This document shows positions 10,505 to 18,923 of a DNA stretch of 64,000 bases, in pieces. The notes below the pieces were generated by a model. That model did no database searches, had not been told where the DNA came from, and saw only the letters and a list, made by a program, of their open reading frames with translations. Origin of the DNA: Vicinamibacteria bacterium (GTDB lineage: Bacteria; Acidobacteriota; Vicinamibacteria; Marinacidobacterales; Marinacidobacteraceae); contig CAXXLQ010000004.1 in the NCBI GenBank assembly GCA_963668695.2, forward strand, positions 1,504,001-1,568,000, in the 5' to 3' direction. How positions within the stretch are numbered: the stretch's first letter is position 1; each line of letters begins with the position of its first letter. Position numbers and translations under genes: made by a program.

Positions 10505-10767
10505 TCACGGGGAGAAGTTCTCGGAGCTGAAATCCGGCGGTTCCCGCATCGGCTCGCGCGGCGGCAGCTGAGTTCCACACCGCCAATGGGCTCGACGAGC
10601 CTTCGGATTGCGTCGTACAGGTTTTCTCGCGGGCCGGGATCAGCGTCCACAACGGTTGTCAGGATGGTGCGCGCTTCCGCTTCCATGGACCTCCCGTTCT
10701 CGGCCGCACGGATGCGAAGACGCTTCTTCGTGGTTTCGTCGAGGTTGCGGATCGAAAGATTGGCCGT
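10505..10767 (-). pseudogene. FitA/StbC-like ribbon-helix-helix antitoxin, degraded
   Basis: ANLSIRNLDETTKKRLRIRAAENGRSMEAEAR; start codon is ACG after GGAGG; 1-bp frameshift before QLPPREPMREPPDF; followed by a GTG-IIVNV remnant of a PIN toxin start. Confidence 0.8.
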
Positions 10768-10867
10768 AACCGGGACCTCCCCGAGGACCGGGATTCTACG
10801 TTTGGCCCATACCCGCATGGTTCCGGCCGGTTCCGTATCGTGCCCCACGGACGTCCGGGGGCGGGGT

Positions 10868-11680
10868 TCAGTAGCCGGGGTTTTCCACATCGACTTCGAC
10901 GATGCGGTTGCGCCTGGGGTTGTGGCGCTCGTTGCGGTAACCACGAGGGTTGGCGACGAACCAGACATCCGCCCCGGATGTCCGGTCCCGGAAGAACGCC
11001 GGGTGGTGAGTGTGCCCGAAGCACCAGACCCGCATCTTGGCGAGGAGCCCGCGCCCGGCGTTTCTCACTTCCTCGAACAGCCCGTTGTAGTACGAGCCGT
11101 TCGACGCCGGCTCATAGCCATCCCGGAGACCGCCGGAATGGGGAACCGAGTGCGTCACGACGACGACATGCTCGACGGCTGGATCGTCGCGAGCGCATTC
11201 GAGCTGGCGGAACAGGGTGCGCCTCGATTCTTCCCACCGTTCCAGCGCCTGCTGCGGGTCGCCCCCCGGGAAGACGAGCCGCGCGTCATTGGAGCGCGAG
11301 CTCCACCACTCCGATTGCGCCCGAAACGAACCGGAAGACGGCTCCCGGAATTGGTACCAGCCGTTTGCGCCGGCGAAAGCCGTGTTGCCGAGACAAAACG
11401 GCCCTTTCCGGTCGAGATAGTGGATATTCGCGGAGAACGCTTCCTGGAGCCGATCCCGCGTCCGGTCGATTTCGCCTCCTGACGAATAGAACTCGTGGTT
11501 CCCGTCCACGAACACGACTTGCCCGTACTCCCGCGCCAGCGCGGTCACCGCCGCCGCCGTCACCTCCACCCCGTTGCCCACATCGCCGGCGATCACCAGC
11601 GTCTCTGAATCACCGGTGCGGAGAGGCCGGCCGCGCCAGCCGGTGTCCTCATGGACATCCGAAACCAGATCGAACCGCAA
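10868..11680 (-). CDS. Calcineurin-like metallophosphoesterase
   Basis: SDVH, AGD, GNHE, VVTH, GHTH, NPRGY; AGGAG RBS before TTG. Confidence 0.9.
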   Translation of the reverse strand: MRFDLVSDVHEDTGWRGRPLRTGDSETLVIAGDVGNGVEVTAAAVTALAREYGQVVFVDGNHEFYSSGGEIDRTRDRLQEAFSANIHYLDRKGPFCLGNTAFAGANGWYQFREPSSGSFRAQSEWWSSRSNDARLVFPGGDPQQALERWEESRRTLFRQLECARDDPAVEHVVVVTHSVPHSGGLRDGYEPASNGSYYNGLFEEVRNAGRGLLAKMRVWCFGHTHHPAFFRDRTSGADVWFVANPRGYRNERHNPRRNRIVEVDVENPGY

Positions 11681-11694
11681 TCGGTTTCTCCTAG

Positions 11695-11963
11695 CCGCCG
11701 GTGGTGAAACTCACGTGAGCGCCGAGACCGGTGAGGCCCAGTTCTCCCGGTGGGGCCAGTCCTCCCGGTGGGGGCCCGGCTGACAAGGCGCGTGAGGGAG
11801 GAGCCCCCACCGGGAGAACTGGCCCGGGTGTATTTCGACCGAAACGCAACGCAGAACGCAGCGAAGCGGAGTGGTTCAGCCGGGGCCCCCACCGGGAGAA
11901 CTGGGGATCGCCGGTCGAGCCCCCACCGGGAGAACTGGGCCGCGTGGGTTTTGCCACCGGCTG
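11695..11963 (+). mobile_element. MITE copy
   Basis: Ends CCGCCGGTGGTGAAAC / GTTTTGCCACCGGCTG; flanks CTAG/CTAC; five copies of the 20-bp module. Confidence 0.85.
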
Positions 11964-11984
11964 CTACGCCCCTTGCAGAGCCGA

Positions 11985-14288
11985 CTATCTCCGGTAGGAC
12001 TGAGCGCGACGAACCTCGCGTTCGGCCTCGGCGGTTCGGCCCTGGCGGTTGTAGATGTCCGCCAGCACCAAGTGCCCGAGGGGCGCCATTTCCGGCTCGG
12101 GCTCGAGGGCCAGACCGCGGAGCGCGGTCTCTTCGGCTTCTGGTAGTTCTCCGCGGTCGAGAAGCGCCTTGGCGAGATACAGGTGGCCGACCGCGAACTC
12201 GTCGTTGTGCCCGATGGCGGCCCGGTAGGATGCCTCCATCCGGTCCTGGTCGCCCAGCGCGCCGTAGAGCTTCGCGACGTTGAAGTGGGACCGGAAATCC
12301 TTCGGAGCCATCTCGAGGCGGGTCTCGTAGGCCTTGATCGCGCGGGAACCGTCGCCGCGTTCCTCGAACAGCAGCGCCAGGTTGAACCAGGCGTCCGAGA
12401 GCAGGTCGTCCATCTCGAGCGCGAGGCGGAACTCGGCCTCGGCCTCGTCGAGCCGTCCGAGGCTCAGGAGGCACTCCCCCTTCAGGTTGTGGGCCGGCGC
12501 CCGCTCCTCGCCCGTCGCCTCGAGCCCGGCGAGGACCTCGAGCGCCGCCTCGTACTCCTCGCGGGCGGCGTGGATCTCGGCGAGGTGATAAAAGGCCTGG
12601 TTGTCGTTCGGGTCCAGCTCAAGCAGCCGCCGGTAGCCGGCCGCCGCTTCGTCGAGCCGGTCCGCCAGCCGGTAGGCGTCGGCGAGACCCAGGATCGCGG
12701 ACTTGTATTCGGGGTCAAGGGACAGCGCTTCCCGGTAGGCCACGATGGCCTCGTCCCAGTCTTCCTGCTTCACGAAAAGGTTCCCGAGGATGAAGTGCGC
12801 CTCAAGAATGCCGGAGTCTTCGGCAAGCACCCGCCGCACCTTGGTCATCGCTTCCTCGACCCGCTCCTCGGTGGAGTCGGTACCCGCCGCCTTCAGCAGG
12901 TTGTAGAGAACGATCTTGTCCTTGGGATCGGCGAGCGGTTCGTCTTCGTTCACCCGGACTCGGGAAGACCCTCCCAGATATCCCAGGGCGGCCAGTTGCG
13001 CGCGGGTGTCCTCATCCAGCGTTTCGGGCGCCTGTTCCTCTGCTCCTTCGTTCCCCAGCTCGGCCACCAACTGGTCGAGCCGCGCCTGGAGTTGCCGCGC
13101 CTGGCCGGGCCGGTCCGGGGCGAGGTTGCGTGCTTCGCCCGGATCGTCGAGCACTTCGAAGAGTTCCGGCCGCGGCGCCGAAATGAAATGGAGCAGGCCG
13201 TTCCGGAGCGAGCGGAGCGGGGACCAGCCGTAGTGGTTCCGGGGATAGAGACTTTCCGAATACGCCCAGAGTCCCAGGTCGCTCTCGGATCCGTCCGCCA
13301 GCGGCGCGAGGCTCACGCCCTGCACGGGCTCCGGAACCGGCACTCCCACCAGGCTGAGCACCGTGGGCATGAGATCGATCCCGCGCACCTGGGCCGGGAC
13401 CCGCAGCCCGCGTCCGATCTGCCGGTAGGGCGCCCGCAGCAGAAAAGGCACCTGCATCGAGGCGTCGTAGATGAAGAATCCGTGGGCTCCCTCCCGGTGC
13501 CGGCCGAGACTCTCGCCGTGGTCGCCGATCAGGACGAGGAGGGTGTCGTCGGCGAGCGCGCTTTCGTCCAGCCAGTCGAGGAGCCGGCCGACCAGGGAGT
13601 CGGTGAACAGGACTTCCGCGTCGTAGCTGGCTTCCGAGTAGCCGCTCACCCGGGAGGCCCAGGGTTCCGGCGCCTCGTAGGGCCAGTGCGGGTCGTAGAG
13701 GTGGATCCAGGAGAAAAACCGCTCCTCCTTCACCTCGTCCATCCAGGCGAGCGCTGCGTCCATTACTTCATCTCCCGGACGCTGCACGCTGTCGAGGCTG
13801 ATGCGCTCGAACTCGCGGAAGTTGAAGTCGTCGTAGTAGCGCTCGAATCCCTGGTCGAGCCCCCAGCGCGAGTCCACCACGAAGGCGGCCACGAATCCGC
13901 CGGTGCGGTATCCGGCATCGCGCAGCACTTCGGCGAGCGTCTCCGAGTCTTCTGGAACGTAGTAGCCGCCGTTGTCCCGGACCCCGTGGAACATCGGGTA
14001 GGTCCCGGTGAACATGGAGGTGTGGGAGGGCAGGGTGAGCGGAACCGTGGCGGTGGCCTGCTCGAAGAGCACGCCTTCGGCAGCTACTCGTCCGAAAGCG
14101 GGCGTTTCGATGCGGTTACTGCCGTACTGGCTGAGGTGCCGCGCCGACAGGGTGTCGAGCGTGACCACCACCACGTTCAGCGGGCGGACGGGGTCCGTCC
14201 CGCCCGGAAGTTCCGCGCACCCCGCGCTCAGGAGCGCGGTCAGGCCGATGCCGACCGCGCCGAACCGGACGAGCCGTAGCGGGAACAT
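11985..14288 (-). CDS. Sulfatase-like hydrolase/transferase with C-terminal TPR repeats, lipoprotein
   Basis: LDTL, TLPSHTSMFTG, HLYDPH, GDHGE, LAALGY, then TPR repeats; LSAGC lipobox. Confidence 0.88.
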   Translation of the reverse strand: MFPLRLVRFGAVGIGLTALLSAGCAELPGGTDPVRPLNVVVVTLDTLSARHLSQYGSNRIETPAFGRVAAEGVLFEQATATVPLTLPSHTSMFTGTYPMFHGVRDNGGYYVPEDSETLAEVLRDAGYRTGGFVAAFVVDSRWGLDQGFERYYDDFNFREFERISLDSVQRPGDEVMDAALAWMDEVKEERFFSWIHLYDPHWPYEAPEPWASRVSGYSEASYDAEVLFTDSLVGRLLDWLDESALADDTLLVLIGDHGESLGRHREGAHGFFIYDASMQVPFLLRAPYRQIGRGLRVPAQVRGIDLMPTVLSLVGVPVPEPVQGVSLAPLADGSESDLGLWAYSESLYPRNHYGWSPLRSLRNGLLHFISAPRPELFEVLDDPGEARNLAPDRPGQARQLQARLDQLVAELGNEGAEEQAPETLDEDTRAQLAALGYLGGSSRVRVNEDEPLADPKDKIVLYNLLKAAGTDSTEERVEEAMTKVRRVLAEDSGILEAHFILGNLFVKQEDWDEAIVAYREALSLDPEYKSAILGLADAYRLADRLDEAAAGYRRLLELDPNDNQAFYHLAEIHAAREEYEAALEVLAGLEATGEERAPAHNLKGECLLSLGRLDEAEAEFRLALEMDDLLSDAWFNLALLFEERGDGSRAIKAYETRLEMAPKDFRSHFNVAKLYGALGDQDRMEASYRAAIGHNDEFAVGHLYLAKALLDRGELPEAEETALRGLALEPEPEMAPLGHLVLADIYNRQGRTAEAEREVRRAQSYRR

Positions 14289-14342
14289 GTCGGCCGGATT
14301 ATCGCCGAGACCCGAACCGGCGTCGGTCCGGTGTCGGTAAGC

Positions 14343-14378
14343 ATGTGGATTGATGCCCACATATCACTGCGGTAATAT
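14343..14378 (+). promoter_or_regulatory. Putative leaderless sigma70 promoter and operator of mazEF
   Basis: TTGATG-17 bp-TAATAT ends 6 bp before ATG 14385; overlapped by the palindrome ATGTGG-N8-CCACAT. Confidence 0.55.
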
Positions 14379-14384
14379 GCCACC

Positions 14385-14621
14385 ATGAAGGCAGTACAGA
14401 TCAATTTCTCCGAGGAGCTGCTGGTACGGCTCGACGCCGACGAGATCGTGCGCCGGCTGGGCCGTTCCGAAGTGGTCCGGCGCATTGCAGAGGCCTATCT
14501 CCACCGCCGGGAAGAGCAGCGGATCGAGGCCGAATACGTGCGGGGCTACGGGCCGGACTTCCCGCCGATCGAAGAGGAATTGAAAGGCTGGACCGAGGCG
14601 GCTGCTCCATGGCCGGAATAG
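14385..14621 (+). CDS. Ribbon-helix-helix antitoxin (CopG/MazE-like)
   Basis: MKAVQINFSEELLVRLD..GRSEVVRR; overlaps the downstream toxin. Confidence 0.8.
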   Translation: MKAVQINFSEELLVRLDADEIVRRLGRSEVVRRIAEAYLHRREEQRIEAEYVRGYGPDFPPIEEELKGWTEAAAPWPE

Positions 14622-14968
14622 TCCGGCGCGGAGATCTCTGGCTCCATCGGTTCGGCACGCCGGATCGGCGGCGCCCGGTTCTGGTGTTGACCCGCGATGA
14701 AGTGGCGAACAGGCTCGGCACGGTCGCCGTGGCGCCCGTCATGTCCACGATCCGCGGGATTCGCAGCGAGGTCAGGGTCGGAGTGGCCGAAGGACTGAAG
14801 CAGGACTCCGTCGTGAACCTCGACCATGTTCACACGGTGTCACGAGCCGCGCTCCATCAATGGATTGGCCGCCTCGGTCCAGCCCGGATGTTCGACGTCT
14901 GCCGGGCGTTGAACGCGGCCTTCGGATGTGAGGCGACCATGGTCCGTGAGCAGCCGTGGGTGTTGTGA
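14609..14968 (+). CDS. mazF: PemK/MazF family toxin
   Basis: RRGDLW, RRPVLVLT, VAPVMSTIRG, SVVNLDHVHTV. Confidence 0.9.
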   Translation: MAGIVRRGDLWLHRFGTPDRRRPVLVLTRDEVANRLGTVAVAPVMSTIRGIRSEVRVGVAEGLKQDSVVNLDHVHTVSRAALHQWIGRLGPARMFDVCRALNAAFGCEATMVREQPWVL

Positions 14969-14987
14969 TGGCGCCGCATGATCGTTG

Positions 14988-15025
14988 CCCATATAGCCCA
15001 TAGTCGATGATATGGGTAATATGGG
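14988..15025. promoter_or_regulatory. Inverted-repeat operator upstream of vapBC
   Basis: CCCATATAGCCCATA-N8-TATGGGTAATATGGG (15-bp IR, 2 mismatches) directly before ATG 15029. Confidence 0.65.
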
Positions 15026-15028
15026 TCC

Positions 15029-15271
15029 ATGAAGACGACCGTAGAGATCCACGACGCGTTGCTCCTGCGTGCAAAGGATCACGCCCGGCAAAACGGAACC
15101 ACGCTCCGGTCGGTGATCGAGGAGGGACTCCGCCGAACACTGGACGAGCCGCAGCCTCAGGAGCCGTACCGCCTGCCCGACCGGAGTGTCGGAGACCCGG
15201 AGGACCCCTGGCCGCTCGACGACTACACCTGGCTCGAACTCCGGGAAATCATCTACGGAGACCGCGGTTAG
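15029..15271 (+). CDS. vapB: VapB family antitoxin
   Basis: MKTTVEIHDALLLRAK..TTLRSVIEEGLR. Confidence 0.85.
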   Translation: MKTTVEIHDALLLRAKDHARQNGTTLRSVIEEGLRRTLDEPQPQEPYRLPDRSVGDPEDPWPLDDYTWLELREIIYGDRG

Positions 15272-15273
15272 CC

Positions 15274-15726
15274 GTGCTCGCCGTGGACACGAACGTCCTG
15301 GTTCAGGCACATCGGCGAGACGCGCCACAACATGCGGTGGCTCGCCGATGCCTTACCGGGCTCGCAGAGGGCAGCCGGATCTGGGCAATCCCGTGGCCCT
15401 GCTGCCATGAGTTCCTGAATGTGGTTACGAACCCCAGGATCTGGAAGACGACTGCCAGTCCCATGGCGGACGCGTGGCAGCAGCTCCGCGATTGGGCGGC
15501 TTCGCCTGCAAACCGCCTGATCGGCGAAACGGACGGCCATCTGTCGTTGCTCGGCGATCTTGTCAAGCGCCCCCGCGTGCGGGGACCCGTCGTCCACGAT
15601 GCCCGGATCGCCGCGATCTGCGTTGCCCACGGGGTGGACGTGCTCTTCACCTGCGATCGCGATTTCTCACTCTTCCCCGAACTGCGCACCCACAATCCGC
15701 TTCGGGGTTCGGCAGGAGCGCCGTGA
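15274..15726 (+). CDS. vapC: VapC PIN-domain toxin
   Basis: VDTNVL, HEFLNVVT, VHDARIAA, TCDRDF. Confidence 0.9.
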   Translation: MLAVDTNVLVQAHRRDAPQHAVARRCLTGLAEGSRIWAIPWPCCHEFLNVVTNPRIWKTTASPMADAWQQLRDWAASPANRLIGETDGHLSLLGDLVKRPRVRGPVVHDARIAAICVAHGVDVLFTCDRDFSLFPELRTHNPLRGSAGAP

Positions 15727-15794
15727 GGACGCCGCCGGCGCGGGACGCCAACTCGGGAAGCGTCACCGCCGGCCAGGGAACGCCGACCTCTGTT

Positions 15795-15842
15795 TTCGGT
15801 TGCGAGGCGACCATGGTTCGCGAAGAGCCGTGGTCGCTCTGA
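15795..15842 (+). pseudogene. Remnant 3' end of a second mazF paralog
   Basis: Encodes FGCEATMVREEPWSL* versus FGCEATMVREQPWVL* at 14921-14968. Confidence 0.7.
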
Positions 15843-16022
15843 GGGGAGAATTCCGCGTCTGGTAAGGAACCGGCTGACCACGCGAACCCAGGCAACCGGG
15901 CTCCCATTCGCCCCGCGCGACGGCGCTTGACACAGGAGCGTCGCAACCCGTACGGTGTTGTCGATTCAATCCCGTCTCGCGGACCCCTGCGGGACCGATC
16001 AGATTTCCTTAGGAGTTGTCTG

Positions 16023-18854
16023 ATGATGAAGACTCGGAAGCTACTTGGAGGCCTGCTGGCGCTCGGACTCGTCCTTGCTGCCGGCTCGGCGTTCGGCCAG
16101 ATCACCGGCACGATCCTGGGCACGGTGTCGGACGACCAGGGACTGGTTCTTCCCGGCACGTCGGTGTCCGTCTCCTCGGATCAGCTTCCCGGAGGGCCGC
16201 GCTCGGCGGTAACGAACGCTTCCGGGCAGTACCGCTTCCCGAACCTGCCTCCCGGCGAGTACACCCTCACGGTGGAACTCTCCGGCTTCGGGACCTATAT
16301 CGAGGAAGGGATGCAGGTCCTGGTGGGAGGCACCGTAGAGCGGGGCGTTTCGCTCGGTCTCGCCACCGTCGCCGAGACCGTGACTGTCACCGGCGAGACG
16401 CCGGTGGTGGACACCCGCAAGTCCGGGGTTTCGACGAACTACACGAGCGAGTACATGGAAAACACCCCGCTCCGCCGGTTCAGCTTCTTCGACTTCACCA
16501 AGTCCGCTCCCGGCATGTCGGCCACCAACCCGACGAGCGGGACCAGCAGCCGGGTGTCCGCGTTCGGGTCCGGGGTGGACGAGAACAAATACATGATGGA
16601 CGGCGTGGACTTCACCGCTCCGGTTTCCGGCGCCGCCTGGCCCTGGCCGGCCACCGACCTGATCGAGGAAATGGAGATCGTTTCCCTCGGCGCGTCAGCG
16701 GAACACGGCAGCGCGGCGGGCGCCGTCTTCAATGTCGTGACCAAGCAGGGAACGAACAGGTTCACTTTTACCGGTGCCGCGTACAAGCAGTCCCAGTCCC
16801 TCACCACGCAGCCGATCAAGCTGAACGCGGACGGCGAAGACGACCCGAACGGCTGGGGCTACAACCGGGACCGCTACGACGACTACACGGTCCACGGCGG
16901 CGGCCCGATCATCCGGGACCGGGCGTGGTTGTATGCCAACTACCAGTACCTGCAGGACTGGGACACCCAGCCGGGGGCGGATCCGCAGTTCCCCCGCAAG
17001 TTCGGCGCCCACCGCATGTTCTGGAAGCTGACGGCGGATATCACCCCGAACGTCAAGTTCATGCATACGTACCACGATGACATCTGGGTCATCCCCGCGA
17101 CCCCGTCGGTGTCCCGCCCCTTTTCCACCATCGCCACCTTCAGTGGGAAGAACCCTTCGTTGACGTTCGGGCGCATCACCCACATCCTCAGCCCCGAGAC
17201 CTTCTATGAGGTCGGAGTATCGGGTTTTTACTCCCCGCGCGACCTCAGCGAGTCGAACAACCCAGGAGTCCCTGGGACCGTTGACATCGACAACGGGATC
17301 CGGTACGGCGGCAATCCCTATTACGACATCTTCAAGCAGGCGCGCACGGATGTGAAGGGAAAGATCAGTCACTACGCGAGCGACTGGCTGGGCGCCGACC
17401 ATGACTTCAAGTTCGGCGTCCAGTACACGGACGGCTCCCACAGCTCGCACGGCGGCTACGTGCCCGGCCCCAACTACCCTGGCGGGGTCTACTACTACAT
17501 CAACGGCGACGGCACTCCCTACGGGATCCTTACTTCGACGACCTACAACACCGGAGGGCAGTTCAAGGAGACCGCAGCCTACGTGGAGGATGTCATCAAC
17601 GTCGGCAACCGCGTCACCGTTTCCGCCGGGGTGCGGCTGGATCGGGTGCGCGGGATCAGCCAGGACGTGGACGACCTGCTGGTGAACGACCTCGTGGCGC
17701 TCACCTTCGACAAGCAGGGGACCGTTTCCGGCGCCGCGGAGCAGTTCAGTTGGACCAACTTCGGGCCGAGGCTCGGCTTCAACATGCGGCTCGACGACGA
17801 CGGGAAGACCGTCCTTCGCGGCAACTGGGGACGCTTCTACCGGACCGCCATCACCGGCGAATTGAGCAACATCCACCCCGGGCAGGGAAGCCAGCAGGAG
17901 TTCTACTGGAATGAGGACACCGGGAGGTACGACATTGAGGGACCGAAGTACGAGGCGAGCACCGACGTCGGCTACGACTCCAGTTCCCGGTCTCCCGTGA
18001 CCGATCAGATGTCCATCGGCTTCGATCGGGAACTCGGAACCAGCCTCGCCTTCAGCTTCACCTACGTCCGGAAGGATCAAAACGACCTGCTGGGCTGGAA
18101 CGTGGAAAACGCCACCTACACCACGGCCTCCCACGCCTTCGGCAACGGCCAGACCATCGAGGTCTATCCCATCACCTCGGATCCCGACGTCCGTTTCTAC
18201 CGCCTGACCAACGTGGACTGCCAGGGCATTTCCTACCGTTGCGATCCGATGTACATGGACTACAACGGATTCGTATTCGGCCTCGAAAAGAGGATGTCCG
18301 ACAACTGGCAGGCGCAGGCCTCTTATGTCTGGTCGAAGGCCTACGGGATCCTGCCCTCCAGCGGGTTCGGCGCGGCGTCGAGCCAGACCACGCGGGTGTA
18401 CGGAAGTTCGCTGGCCCGGGACCCGAACCAGTTCATCAACGCGGAGGGACACTTGCTGAACGACCGGACCCACACGTTCCGGGTTACCGGGACGGTTATC
18501 CTGCCGTTCGACATCCTGTTCGGCTGGAACTACGCCTACTTCAACGGCAAGCCTTGGGCGCAGCGTGGCCGGATTCCGAGGGAGGTCCTGCCGCAGAGCG
18601 GACTAAGCGTCAATCTCGAAAGCCCCGGATCGAGACGGCTGGATGATCAGAACCTGCTGGACTTCCGGATCTCGAAGTCCGCGTTCCTCGCGGAAACGAC
18701 CCGGTTCGAGGTGTTCGTGGACGCCCTCAACCTGATGAACGCGACATCTCCGGAGGACGTGGCGTCTCAGACCTGGGACTCCAGTCTGTACGGCGTCGGT
18801 GAGCGCTTTGTGGATCCTCGGCGGCTCATGATTGGCGTCAAGATCACCTACTGA
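16023..18854 (+). CDS. TonB-dependent receptor (Oar-like, carboxypeptidase-regulatory N-domain)
   Basis: Signal peptide, GTILGTVSD..LPG, AEHGSAAGAVFNVVTKQG, NFGPRLGF, C-terminal PRRLMIGVKITY; AGGAG RBS; possible TTGACA-18-TACGGT promoter at 15927. Confidence 0.92.
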   Translation: MMKTRKLLGGLLALGLVLAAGSAFGQITGTILGTVSDDQGLVLPGTSVSVSSDQLPGGPRSAVTNASGQYRFPNLPPGEYTLTVELSGFGTYIEEGMQVLVGGTVERGVSLGLATVAETVTVTGETPVVDTRKSGVSTNYTSEYMENTPLRRFSFFDFTKSAPGMSATNPTSGTSSRVSAFGSGVDENKYMMDGVDFTAPVSGAAWPWPATDLIEEMEIVSLGASAEHGSAAGAVFNVVTKQGTNRFTFTGAAYKQSQSLTTQPIKLNADGEDDPNGWGYNRDRYDDYTVHGGGPIIRDRAWLYANYQYLQDWDTQPGADPQFPRKFGAHRMFWKLTADITPNVKFMHTYHDDIWVIPATPSVSRPFSTIATFSGKNPSLTFGRITHILSPETFYEVGVSGFYSPRDLSESNNPGVPGTVDIDNGIRYGGNPYYDIFKQARTDVKGKISHYASDWLGADHDFKFGVQYTDGSHSSHGGYVPGPNYPGGVYYYINGDGTPYGILTSTTYNTGGQFKETAAYVEDVINVGNRVTVSAGVRLDRVRGISQDVDDLLVNDLVALTFDKQGTVSGAAEQFSWTNFGPRLGFNMRLDDDGKTVLRGNWGRFYRTAITGELSNIHPGQGSQQEFYWNEDTGRYDIEGPKYEASTDVGYDSSSRSPVTDQMSIGFDRELGTSLAFSFTYVRKDQNDLLGWNVENATYTTASHAFGNGQTIEVYPITSDPDVRFYRLTNVDCQGISYRCDPMYMDYNGFVFGLEKRMSDNWQAQASYVWSKAYGILPSSGFGAASSQTTRVYGSSLARDPNQFINAEGHLLNDRTHTFRVTGTVILPFDILFGWNYAYFNGKPWAQRGRIPREVLPQSGLSVNLESPGSRRLDDQNLLDFRISKSAFLAETTRFEVFVDALNLMNATSPEDVASQTWDSSLYGVGERFVDPRRLMIGVKITY

Positions 18855-18874
18855 CCGCGCGCGTACCCGATTTC

Positions 18875-18902
18875 GGGGCGGGGGCCGGAGGGCCCCCGCC
18901 CC
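18875..18902 (+). terminator. Hairpin (terminator or RNA-stabilising)
   Basis: Perfect 12-bp stem GGGGCGGGGGCC-GGAG-GGCCCCCGCCCC; weak U tract. Confidence 0.6.
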
Positions 18903-18923
18903 TTCTCATATCCTCGCCCCAGC

